64,000 nucleotides of DNA from Burkholderiaceae bacterium (GTDB lineage: Bacteria > Pseudomonadota > Gammaproteobacteria > Burkholderiales > Burkholderiaceae_E). A program made the translations under genes and the position numbers. The notes under the pieces were generated by a model, which was given only the letters and a program-made list of their open reading frames with translations, made no database searches and was not told where the DNA came from. The stretch lies in assembly GCA_049423065.1 (NCBI GenBank), contig JBMSQB010000006.1, positions 4,435 through 68,434 of the forward strand, in the 5' to 3' direction. Every line of letters begins with the position of its first letter. Positions within the stretch are counted from its first letter, which is position 1. This document shows positions 36,989 to 45,781 of the stretch, piece after piece.

Positions 36989-38095
36989 TCAGTCGGCAAG
37001 CCAGCGATCAAGCCGGCTTCGCACGAAATCATCATCAATCAGATCCGGATGTTCGCGGCACACCCGATCGAGCGCCTCGGCCTGCCCCGGAGACAGCGTT
37101 TCGTTCGGGTCCAGGCACCAGATCCCCGCGAGAAGCCCCTGGCGCCTGAGCACTTCATGACACCCAGCGATGCAACCAGCGAACTGGTGGGCCACATCGA
37201 AAAGTGCGGCGTTGCAGTCGGTGACCCGCGCATCGAGCGCGAGCAGGTCGGCATCGATCTGCGGGGATCGACGCGCCTGTTGAATTCGCCTGAAGAGCTT
37301 CACTGCCGCATGGGTCCAGACCGACCAGTGACCGAGCAGCCCGCCCCGGACAGGCAAGCTCACCTCTTCGATTCCGGCGCCGTCGATTGTTGGACGGCGG
37401 ACCGCCAAAGGCGTGACCAGGTCGAGCACGATGTGGTCGTCATTGCCGGTGTAGAGCGCTACGCGATCCTCTGCCCGGGCGAGCGCAATGCCGCGTGCGA
37501 CATCGAGCGTCCGGTAGCGGTTGAAGGGGGCCACCTTGATGGCCACCACGTTGTCGATGGCGGCAAAGTGCTGCCAGAACGAGGCAGGCAGCTCGATGCC
37601 GCCGACGGCAGTCTGAAGATAGAAGCCCACCAGCGGGATTTCAGCCGCGACCGCCTCGCAGTGCGCGATCAGGGCATCTTGAGACGCGCCCCGCATGGCC
37701 GAGAGCGACAGCATGCCGCAGTGATAGCCGAGCGACAGCGCGGTTCGCGCCTCGGCGATGGCCTGACGGGTGTCGCCTGCGAGCCCGGCGATCATGACGA
37801 GTGGCCTGGTGTCGGCCATCTCCTCGAGATGCCGCCTTGCGGTGAGCGCCGCGAGTTCGAGCACGGGCGCGTAGAGGCCCTGTTCGCGGATCGCGAACTG
37901 CGTGGCATGCACGCCGACCGCCAGCCCTCCGGCGCCGGCCTCGACGTAGTAGCGGGTGAGGGCACGCTGCCGCCTGCGGTCGAGCTTGCGCTCGGCGGTG
38001 AGCGCGAGCGGGTGGGCGGGAATGACCGTGCCCTCGGCAAGCAATTGGGCAATGGCGGCGGGAAGCTGGGATCGGTGCACGGCAGTGGGCTGCAA
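36989..38095 (-). CDS. Dihydrodipicolinate synthase (DapA)-family-like TIM-barrel protein, function unknown
   Basis: GLAVGVHATQF, PLVMIAGLAG, GFYLQ and VVAIKVAPF (candidate Schiff-base Lys) resemble DapA/NAL-superfamily motifs. It carries a C-terminal extension of about 70 aa. Confidence 0.6.
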   Translation of the reverse strand: MQPTAVHRSQLPAAIAQLLAEGTVIPAHPLALTAERKLDRRRQRALTRYYVEAGAGGLAVGVHATQFAIREQGLYAPVLELAALTARRHLEEMADTRPLVMIAGLAGDTRQAIAEARTALSLGYHCGMLSLSAMRGASQDALIAHCEAVAAEIPLVGFYLQTAVGGIELPASFWQHFAAIDNVVAIKVAPFNRYRTLDVARGIALARAEDRVALYTGNDDHIVLDLVTPLAVRRPTIDGAGIEEVSLPVRGGLLGHWSVWTHAAVKLFRRIQQARRSPQIDADLLALDARVTDCNAALFDVAHQFAGCIAGCHEVLRRQGLLAGIWCLDPNETLSPGQAEALDRVCREHPDLIDDDFVRSRLDRWLAD

Positions 38096-38208
38096 TCAGA
38101 CGAGACGGCGGGGATCTTGATCGATGGCCGGACAGGCGTCAATGTTCTATGATGAGACGAGACGGCGCGCACGGGCCTACACGTGTCATCACAACAGGGA
38201 GACTCATC

Positions 38209-39207
38209 ATGATTCAACGCCTTGCCGCCACCCGCGCGGCGCTGCTGGTTGCCGCGGCGCTCGCCGCCGGTTCCGCTTTTTCGCAGACCAAGATTGATTT
38301 CGTTCTGAACTGGGTGCCGGGTGGCGATCACGCCCCCTACTACTACGCGAAGAAGCTTGGCTGGTATGCCAAAGAGGGCCTTGATGTGAATCTCGAGCCG
38401 GGTCGCGGGTCGGCGCTGTCCACACAAAAGGTGGGCGCGGGCGCGAATCCGGTCGGGCTGGCTGACATGGCAGGCGTACTGGTGGCTGCGGGCAAGGGCG
38501 CCCAGACCGTTGCGGTCTTCAACGTCTATGCCAATTCGCCGCAGGGCCTCTATTGGCTCAAGAGTTCGGGCATCAAGTCGGTGAAAGACCTGGCCGGCAA
38601 GCGTATCGGCAATCCGGCGGCAGACGGCGCGCGCATCATGTGGCCTGCGCTCGCCAAGGCGAACGGCATGGACCCGAAGTCGGTCACCTGGGTGAACATC
38701 GACGCCAACGCAAAGCTGTCGGCACTCAAGGCCAAGTCGATTGATGCCACCACCTCGTTCTATAACCTGCACCATGTGTTTCAGGCCGAGCTCGGCGCTG
38801 ACATGGGGTTTCTCGCCTGGCGTGACGCCGGGCTCAATCCCTACGGCAATTCCATCATTGTCAATCCGCAGTTTCTGCAGAAGAACCGTCCGGCTGTCGA
38901 CAAGTTTGTGAAAGTGACGCAGCGTGCGTTTGCGGCGTGCGTGGCGGAGCCAAAGCCTTGCGTGCAGGCGCTGATCGATGCCAACGGCGCGCTCAAGTTC
39001 GATAACGAACTGGTGAACTGGTCACTGGTGGAAGTGCTGATGAGCGACAAGTTCTCGCGGGAGATGGCGCTGGGGGTGCATGAGGACAAGCGCATGCAGG
39101 ACGACTACGCGCTGGTTCGCGACTACATCGGCATCGAAAAACCGTTTGACGTCAAAAGCGCCTACACCAACGAGTTTCTCGATCGTTCGGTGCGGATGAC
39201 CAAATAA
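38209..39207 (+). CDS. ABC transporter substrate-binding protein (NMT1/THI5-like, NitT/TauT family)
   Basis: Signal peptide then KIDFVLNWVPGGDHAPYYYAKKLGWY, typical of NMT1-like binding proteins. Start at the ATG at 38209. Confidence 0.8.
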   Translation: MIQRLAATRAALLVAAALAAGSAFSQTKIDFVLNWVPGGDHAPYYYAKKLGWYAKEGLDVNLEPGRGSALSTQKVGAGANPVGLADMAGVLVAAGKGAQTVAVFNVYANSPQGLYWLKSSGIKSVKDLAGKRIGNPAADGARIMWPALAKANGMDPKSVTWVNIDANAKLSALKAKSIDATTSFYNLHHVFQAELGADMGFLAWRDAGLNPYGNSIIVNPQFLQKNRPAVDKFVKVTQRAFAACVAEPKPCVQALIDANGALKFDNELVNWSLVEVLMSDKFSREMALGVHEDKRMQDDYALVRDYIGIEKPFDVKSAYTNEFLDRSVRMTK

Positions 39208-39220
39208 GGTCGGCGAGCGG

Positions 39221-39258
39221 GCTGACATGAGGCACGCGGCAGCGCGTGCCACGTCAGC
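39221..39258. terminator. Bidirectional hairpin between convergent genes
   Basis: GCTGACatgaGGCACGCggcaGCGTGCCacGTCAGC forms 6+7 bp stems. It overlaps the stop of the GNAT gene. Confidence 0.45.
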
Positions 39259-40225
39259 CCAGTTCCGGCCCCGCCACCGCGAAGACGGTGATCGGTGTGC
39301 CCGCCCGGGCCTGATGGCCGAGTGAGCCAAGCGCCATGCGGGTGAACGGGCGCTGCGGGACAAAGCCCTTTGATGCAAGCCAGGCGGCAAACTCGCGCTG
39401 CGAGTCTGGAACGTCAATAAAAACGGCGCGATCGATCTGCGACAGCGCCGCTTGCGCCAGTTCAACCGCCGAGGCGCAATCGCGAGCCACGAGCGGTCCC
39501 AACTGGGTCGCGACCCGTCCCGGTCTGGCCAGCACGAAGCCATGGGCCGGTTGGCGGCCGCTTGCGACCAGGGCGAGCGACGGGGCTCGCCGCATCAGGT
39601 CATCGAGCAGGTGGCTTCGGTCAGCACCGAAGGCCAGCCGGTCGAGTTCATGCACCAGCAGGGCCTGGTTCGCGGCGCAGTCCAGGCGCGTAGCGTTGGT
39701 GTCGCCCGCCTTGTCCGGCAACCCGCCGCGGTGCGTGCGGTGTTCCCACCGTGTGAAGCCCCATTGGTCTGCAAACCCCAGTTTCAAGTAAACCGGGCGG
39801 CCGGCGGGTGTGGCGTCCAGCACAGGAAGCAGGTGACGCTGCGCGGGTTCGCGCAGCCATGCAAGGCTCTCTTCGAGGAGGCGGGTTGCATGGCCCTTGC
39901 CGCGGTGCGCCGGGAGCACCAGCACCATGCTGATCCAGGCGAGGGAGGAGGCGGGCGGAGGATGGGGATGGGTGGGCGCAGGGGCGAGGGCAGGGGCGAT
40001 CGCAGGCCATGGAAGCACCAGCGTCGAGGCGACCAGCGTGTTGTCCTCGCGGAGTGCCCGTGTGCGTCCGTGCGCGAGCATCCAGGCCCAGTCATCCTGG
40101 GTCTGGTTCCAGTGCGCAGCCGCCGAGAGCGCGAGCAGACCGTCAAGATCGGCGAGCGTGGGCTCGATCAGCACTGCAGGCTGGTCTGGCATCGCGGCCC
40201 GGGCGTTGTCGGCAGGTGCGATCAA
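39254..40225 (-). CDS. GNAT-family N-acetyltransferase (two-domain); start TTG 40225 or ATG 40192
   Basis: MVLVLPAHRGKGHATRLLEESL matches GNAT motif A (R/Q-x-x-G-x-G/A). It has a second C-terminal domain. The TTG start overlaps the upstream stop (TTGA). Confidence 0.65.
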   Translation of the reverse strand: MIAPADNARAAMPDQPAVLIEPTLADLDGLLALSAAAHWNQTQDDWAWMLAHGRTRALREDNTLVASTLVLPWPAIAPALAPAPTHPHPPPASSLAWISMVLVLPAHRGKGHATRLLEESLAWLREPAQRHLLPVLDATPAGRPVYLKLGFADQWGFTRWEHRTHRGGLPDKAGDTNATRLDCAANQALLVHELDRLAFGADRSHLLDDLMRRAPSLALVASGRQPAHGFVLARPGRVATQLGPLVARDCASAVELAQAALSQIDRAVFIDVPDSQREFAAWLASKGFVPQRPFTRMALGSLGHQARAGTPITVFAVAGPELG

Positions 40226-41268
40226 TAGCGACCGTCGCGCGCTTCGAAGTGTGTGGGCTTGCCCAGGCTTTCGCCGCCCCGTGCCACCCAGTCGGCGACC
40301 CAGTCGATCAGCGTGGAGAGCGGAACGCTCGGCAATCCGAACAACTGCTGTGAGGCCGACGTGTCAACCAGCCAGGCGGTGGGCGCCTCGGTGCCAGTCA
40401 GAATGGGTTCGCGGCCCAGGCGCCGTCCGAACTCGCCTGCCAGCCACCGGATGGAGGTGTGCGCCGGGCCGGTGATGTTGATGGGGGTGGTGGGGCTCGT
40501 GCAGTGCGCGAGCAGACGGAGCGCCTGTTCGTTGGCATCACCTTGCCAGATCACATCGGCCCAGCCCATGGTGAGATCAATGGCGCGACGGTTGAGCACG
40601 GCATCGGCGACATCGCGCAGCACGCCATAGCGCATGTCGATTGCGTAGGACAGGCGCACCAGCCGTCCGGGTGTACCCCAGCGTTGCGATGCATGCTCGA
40701 ACATGCGTTCGCGGCCCACGCAGGAGGCGGCGTAGTCGCCAGGTGGCGGAATGGCGGGCTCGGCCTCGGTCGCGCCGGGGCCGCTGGTTGGGAAGAATGG
40801 ATACACGCAGGCGGTTGAGAAGGCAATGATCCGACACTCGCGATAGTGCTCGGCCACCATCCACGGCACCGCAACATTCATTGCCCAGGTAAAGGCGGGA
40901 TTGCCGCTTGCGCCGAATTTGTGGCCGGCCATGAAGACCACGTTGGTGACGCCATCCCTGTGATTGGGAAGCTTTGCAATCGCCTCGCGATCGAGCAGGT
41001 CGCAGCTGACGGGCTCAACGCCCGCTTCGCGCAATTGGGCGGCGATCGCCGGATCGCTGAAGCGGGCCACACCCAGCACACGCTTCTGGGGGGCCGCGCG
41101 CTTGGCCATGCGGGCAAGCGTGGGACCCATCTTGCCACCCACCCCCAGCACGATCAGATCACCATCGATTGCGCGCAGCGCGTTGATCAGCGCCTGCGAG
41201 GGCGCGGTCATCGTGTCTTCCAGCGCGGCGACGCTGGCAAAGCCTGATGGAAAATTGCCTGGACTCAT
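40222..41268 (-). CDS. NAD-dependent epimerase/dehydratase-family protein
   Basis: Rossmann motif VLGVGGKMGPTLA near the N-terminus in an SDR-extended-like layout. Its ATG overlaps the upstream stop (ATGA at 41265-41268). Confidence 0.75.
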   Translation of the reverse strand: MSPGNFPSGFASVAALEDTMTAPSQALINALRAIDGDLIVLGVGGKMGPTLARMAKRAAPQKRVLGVARFSDPAIAAQLREAGVEPVSCDLLDREAIAKLPNHRDGVTNVVFMAGHKFGASGNPAFTWAMNVAVPWMVAEHYRECRIIAFSTACVYPFFPTSGPGATEAEPAIPPPGDYAASCVGRERMFEHASQRWGTPGRLVRLSYAIDMRYGVLRDVADAVLNRRAIDLTMGWADVIWQGDANEQALRLLAHCTSPTTPINITGPAHTSIRWLAGEFGRRLGREPILTGTEAPTAWLVDTSASQQLFGLPSVPLSTLIDWVADWVARGGESLGKPTHFEARDGRY

Positions 41269-42269
41269 CGGCGAATGCCCTCGAACAAGTCACGGCCTGC
41301 TGCAAGCGAGCGGATCTTGCCGTCAGCGATGGACCGCTTGAGCATCCAGAAGCCGCAGTCGGGGTGGATGTAGCGGATGCGATCAGCACCCAGCACGGCC
41401 GCTGCCCGTTCAATCGCGCGGGCAACGTCTTCGGCTGACTCGATCGTGGTGGACTTCACGTCGATCACCCCAAGACCGAATCCGATGCCCGGTCTGAGTT
41501 CGCGAAACGCAGCCAGCTCTTCTGCAGGGCGATGCGCGCATTCCATCACCACATGATCGACATGGAGCGCGTTCAGATAGCCGATCAGGCGGTCCCAGCT
41601 ACCCTTCTGGATGCTCTGGCCGCCGTAGTTTCCAAAACACAGATGGACGGCCGTGGGGCAGCGCGCGGCATCGAGCACCCGGTTCATGGAGGCCGCCGCC
41701 CATTCCCACTCCTCCGCATGGCCAGGAAGATTGGCTTCATCCACCTGAATCACATCAGCCTCGCAATGTGCAACCTGCTGGGCCAGTACGCCGCCGATGG
41801 CATCACACAGAGCGGGAAGGTCGGGGTAATGCCGGTCAATGAGCGTCTTGGCCAGCATGTGCGGGCCGGTGAGTGTGAACTTGAACGGGTGGGTGGCGAG
41901 CCTGCGCGCGCTTTCGCAGGCAAGCGGCAGATCGAGGGTGCCACTGGACACCGGACCGGTGACGGTGCCCGGAGGCCGGGTTCGAAACCGGGTTCCCGAG
42001 GTGTTGCGATAGGCGATCAGGTCATCGAAGGTGAAGCGCTGCGTGATGCCGTCCATGGGCCGCACGAAGTACTCGATCATCCCGTTGGTTTCGGGGTGAT
42101 TGATGTCGAATCGGTAGAGTTCGCCGTCGCAGACCAGATCGACGCCCGCCCGCTCCTGGGTATGGATCACCACCCGCGTTGCATCGGCGAGTGCCTGGGC
42201 CGATGGGCTTGCAACCAGCCAGTCTGGCACGGGGTAGGAACCAACGACAGTGGTCCGGATACGGGGCAT
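41265..42269 (-). CDS. Cobalamin-independent methionine synthase C-terminal-domain-like (MetE-like) Zn methyltransferase-family protein
   Basis: RTTVVGSYPVPDWL N-terminus. Candidate Zn ligands lie in VHLCFGNYGG (His-x-Cys), VMECAH (Glu) and HPDCGFW (Cys), as in the MetE catalytic domain. Confidence 0.75.
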   Translation of the reverse strand: MPRIRTTVVGSYPVPDWLVASPSAQALADATRVVIHTQERAGVDLVCDGELYRFDINHPETNGMIEYFVRPMDGITQRFTFDDLIAYRNTSGTRFRTRPPGTVTGPVSSGTLDLPLACESARRLATHPFKFTLTGPHMLAKTLIDRHYPDLPALCDAIGGVLAQQVAHCEADVIQVDEANLPGHAEEWEWAAASMNRVLDAARCPTAVHLCFGNYGGQSIQKGSWDRLIGYLNALHVDHVVMECAHRPAEELAAFRELRPGIGFGLGVIDVKSTTIESAEDVARAIERAAAVLGADRIRYIHPDCGFWMLKRSIADGKIRSLAAGRDLFEGIRR

Positions 42270-42537
42270 GAAATTCTCCTGAAGTGCGCGGGCAGTGACC
42301 GACGGTCTGTCAGTCGGAATAAAGGGGAGCGGCGAGTGAGCCGCGGGTCATGTTACCGAGCCCCCTGCGCACTCCACAAGCACCGATTCCGCTTCTGGTT
42401 CCGCTTCGCGCAGGCGCTGGCTTTCCCGTCTGAGTCGGGCGGGTTAACATCGCGCGGCGCTCGCCTGCGGGGGGCGACACACTGCGCGAGTCGCAGTGCC
42501 AGGGCAGCCAACCATTCAATCTCAGGAGTAGTGCTCG

Positions 42538-43692
42538 ATGAGCAACGCCCAGCGCATTGGCATCATCATGTACGGCGTCACTGGCCGGATGGGCCTTAAC
42601 CAACATCTGATCCGGTCGATCAAGGCGATTCGGGAGCAGGGGGGAGTGCCACTGTCCAATGGCACGCGCTTGATGCCCGATCCGATCCTGATTGGCCGAG
42701 GCGCTGATCGCATGGCTGCGCTTGCCGCGCAGCATGGCGGACTGCGATGGGGAACCGACCTCGAGGCGGCGCTCGCCAATCCGGCCGACACCGTGTTCTT
42801 CGACGCCGCGACCACCCAGATGCGGCCCGAGCTGATCCACAAGGCGATTGCTGCAGGCAAGCACATTTACTGCGAGAAGCCGTCCGCCACCAGCATGGAG
42901 GCCGCGCTGGGTATTGCGCGAGCAGCCGAGGCGGCGGGCGTGCGGCACGGCGTGGTGCAGGACAAACTCTGGCTGCCGGGGCTGCTCAAGCTCAAGATGC
43001 TGATCGACTCCGGCTTCTTTGGGCGCATCTTGTCGGTACGAGGCGAGTTCGGGTACTGGGTCTTCGAAGGTGATCTGCAGCCCGCGCAGCGTCCGAGCTG
43101 GAACTATCGCACCGAGGATGGCGGTGGGATCATTCTCGACATGCTCTGCCACTGGCGCTATGTGATCGACAACCTGTTCGGCGAGGTGCGGTCGGTGTCC
43201 TGTCTGGGCGCCACGCACATTCCCACGCGTTGGGATGAACAGGGCAAGCCCTACACCGCCACGGCAGATGATGCAGCGTATGCAACCTTTCAGCTGGCCT
43301 CGGGTGTGATCGCGCATTTCAACAGTTCCTGGGCCGTGCGCGTGCGTCGCGACGATCTGCTGACGCTGCAGGTCGATGGCACGCACGGTTCGGCGGTCGC
43401 CGGGCTTCGGGGATGTCGCACGCAGTCGCGGGTCAACACGCCCAAGCCGGTCTGGAATCCCGACCTGCCGCAGCCGATTCAGTTCATGGATGGCTGGCAG
43501 GAAGTGCCCGATACAGTGGTCTTTGACAACGCTTTCAAGGCGCAGTGGGAGCTCTTTCTTCGACATGTCGTGGAAGGGGGCGCGTTCCGCTGGAACCTGC
43601 GCGAGGGTGCGAAAGGCGTGCAGCTCGTGGAGGCTGCGCTTCAGTCCTGGCGCGAGCGGCGTTGGGTGGACGTCGGTCCCTTGCCGGCCTGA
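42538..43692 (+). CDS. Gfo/Idh/MocA-family NAD(P)-dependent oxidoreductase
   Basis: N-terminal IGIIMYGVTGRMG Rossmann motif, EKP motif (YCEKPSA) and a typical C-terminal alpha/beta domain. Confidence 0.85.
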   Translation: MSNAQRIGIIMYGVTGRMGLNQHLIRSIKAIREQGGVPLSNGTRLMPDPILIGRGADRMAALAAQHGGLRWGTDLEAALANPADTVFFDAATTQMRPELIHKAIAAGKHIYCEKPSATSMEAALGIARAAEAAGVRHGVVQDKLWLPGLLKLKMLIDSGFFGRILSVRGEFGYWVFEGDLQPAQRPSWNYRTEDGGGIILDMLCHWRYVIDNLFGEVRSVSCLGATHIPTRWDEQGKPYTATADDAAYATFQLASGVIAHFNSSWAVRVRRDDLLTLQVDGTHGSAVAGLRGCRTQSRVNTPKPVWNPDLPQPIQFMDGWQEVPDTVVFDNAFKAQWELFLRHVVEGGAFRWNLREGAKGVQLVEAALQSWRERRWVDVGPLPA

Positions 43693-43708
43693 GTGGAGAT
43701 CGTCATCC

Positions 43709-44887
43709 ATGCCCAGTCTGATCCTGCCCACTAACGGGGGCGCTCTCGATCGCTACACCTTGAGCGGCGTTCCAGCCTGGACGCCCGCTGTCCGAGGCTG
43801 GAACCGAACGGCCTACGCAGCCGCACATGTGGTGGCTGATCCGCTCTCAAGCGTTGATCCCTGGCTCGAGCCCGCGATCGACTGGGACCGCACCATTGCC
43901 TATCGCGAACATTTGTGGCGCCTGGGCTTTGGGGTGGCGGAAGCCATGGATACCGCCCAGCGCGGCATGGGTCTTGATTGGGGCAACTCGCTCGAACTGA
44001 TCAGGCGATCTATCGCCGCGGCGCGTGCGTTCGGCGCGTCGCCGCATGGCGGGCCAGCGCGGGTGGCGAGTGGCGCCGGAACCGATCATCTCTCACCAGA
44101 CCCGTCGCGCACTGTGGCCGAGGTTATCGCAGCTTATGAACAGCAGATCGAGGCGATCGAGGCATTGGGCGGCCAACTGATCCTGATGGCGAGCCGCGCG
44201 CTGGCGGCCTGCGCGCGTTCGCCCGATGACTACGGACGGGTCTACGATCATCTGCTCAGCCAGGTGAAGGAGCCCGTCATCATTCATTGGCTGGGCGACA
44301 TGTTTGACCCGGCGCTGGCGGGCTATTGGGGGCATGCCGACCTGAATGCCGCCATGGATGTTGCGGTGGACGTCCTGAACCGGAACGCCTCGCGGATTGA
44401 TGGCGTGAAGATTTCGCTCCTCGACAAAGACCGCGAAATTGCCATGCGGCGCAGGCTCGCCCCCGGCATCCGCATGTACACCGGTGATGATTTCAATTTT
44501 GCCGAGCTGATTGCGGGCGATGCGCAGGGCTATTCCGATGCCCTGCTCGGGATTTTTGATTCCATCGCGCCGGCGGCTGCGGCGGCGCTCGATGCGCTTG
44601 GTGCGGGCGACCTGGCGCGGTTTCATCGCATTCTCGCGCCCACGGTTCCGCTGTCGCGCCATATCTTTCGAGCGCCCACCCGGTTCTATAAAACGGGCGT
44701 GGTGTTCATGGCCTGGCTCAATGGCCATCAAGATCATTTCGTGATGGTGGGCGGGCAGCAAAGCACACGCAACATTCTGCATTTCGCAGATATTTTCCGG
44801 CTGGCCGATCAGGCCGGGCTCATCACCGACCCAGAGCGAGCCTGCAGCAGGATGTCGTCACTGTTGGCCGTGCACGGCATCCAATGA
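43709..44887 (+). CDS. DUF993-like protein (DapA-superfamily-like TIM barrel, uncharacterised)
   Basis: Start set at the ATG at 43709 (MPSLILPTNGG...). AMDTAQRGMGLDW, IIHWLGDMFDP and MYTGDDFNF resemble what I recall of DUF993 proteins. This assignment is from memory only. Confidence 0.6.
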   Translation: MPSLILPTNGGALDRYTLSGVPAWTPAVRGWNRTAYAAAHVVADPLSSVDPWLEPAIDWDRTIAYREHLWRLGFGVAEAMDTAQRGMGLDWGNSLELIRRSIAAARAFGASPHGGPARVASGAGTDHLSPDPSRTVAEVIAAYEQQIEAIEALGGQLILMASRALAACARSPDDYGRVYDHLLSQVKEPVIIHWLGDMFDPALAGYWGHADLNAAMDVAVDVLNRNASRIDGVKISLLDKDREIAMRRRLAPGIRMYTGDDFNFAELIAGDAQGYSDALLGIFDSIAPAAAAALDALGAGDLARFHRILAPTVPLSRHIFRAPTRFYKTGVVFMAWLNGHQDHFVMVGGQQSTRNILHFADIFRLADQAGLITDPERACSRMSSLLAVHGIQ

Positions 44888-45756
44888 ATTCAGCCGCCAC
44901 ATCGATTCCGTCGCTGTCGCTCAATACCGCCACGGTGCGCGAGCAGTGGAACCTCGCGCAAATGATCGAGGCGTGCGCTCGACACCGCATCCCGGGCATT
45001 TCACCCTGGCGCGACAAGCTCGCGGAGCTCGGCGCGGCGAAGGCCGCCGCCATGATCCGCGCCCATGGCCTCACTGTCACGGGTCTGTGCCGAGGCGGCA
45101 TGTTTCCCGCAGCCACCGAGGCAGGCCGCCAGGCTGCCATCGAGGACAACCTGCGCGCGATCGATGACGCAGCCACCCTGGGCGCGAAATGTCTGGTGCT
45201 GGTTTGCGGGGGGCTGCCTGTCGGGTCGCGCGATTTGCCCGGTGCGCGGGCCATGGTGCGTGACGGCATTGCCGCCATCCTGGGTCATGCGCGGGCGGCC
45301 GGGGTGCCGCTTGCGATCGAGCCGCTTCATCCCATGTATGCGGCCGACCGATGCTGCATCAACACGCTTGCCCAGGCGCTTGAGCTGTGTGACGAGATCG
45401 ATCCGCAGCGTGCGCCGCTTCGAAACGGCGCCTCGGTTGCGGCGCTGGGCGTTGCGGTCGACGCCTACCATGTGTGGTGGGATCCCGAACTTGACCAGTC
45501 GCTTGCCCGCGCCGGCGCCGATCGGCTGCTCGCCTATCACATCTGCGACTGGCTGGTGGAAACACGCGATCTGCTCCTTGACCGTGGCATGCTGGGAGAT
45601 GGCGTGATCGATCTGCGCGCTTTGGGACGGCGCGTGCGGGCGGCGGGCTACAGCGGCTTCGATGAGGTCGAGATCCTGTCGCGACACTGGTGGTCGGTGG
45701 AGCCCGATACCGTGCTCGCCACCATTTGTGAGCGCCACCCCGTCTGTGTAGCCTGA
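44884..45756 (+). CDS. Sugar phosphate isomerase/epimerase (xylose-isomerase-like TIM barrel)
   Basis: About 290 aa with LAIEPLHPMY and AYHVWWDP motifs typical of AP-endonuclease-2/xylose-isomerase-like TIM barrels. Its start overlaps the upstream stop by 4 nt. Confidence 0.8.
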   Translation: MNSAATSIPSLSLNTATVREQWNLAQMIEACARHRIPGISPWRDKLAELGAAKAAAMIRAHGLTVTGLCRGGMFPAATEAGRQAAIEDNLRAIDDAATLGAKCLVLVCGGLPVGSRDLPGARAMVRDGIAAILGHARAAGVPLAIEPLHPMYAADRCCINTLAQALELCDEIDPQRAPLRNGASVAALGVAVDAYHVWWDPELDQSLARAGADRLLAYHICDWLVETRDLLLDRGMLGDGVIDLRALGRRVRAAGYSGFDEVEILSRHWWSVEPDTVLATICERHPVCVA

Positions 45757-45781
45757 AGGGTTGAACGTGACAGCGGCGCTC

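Noticed and set aside
36836-38152. 438-aa plus-strand ORF; similarly 42310-43731 (-), 51788-53119 (-), 28935-30134 (-), 25885-27027 (-), 26852-27901 (-), 10521-11477 (-) and 53813-54691 (-)
   Set aside because: All of these mirror well-supported genes on the opposite strand and translate to Arg/His/Gln-rich junk, so I treat them as GC-driven shadow ORFs.
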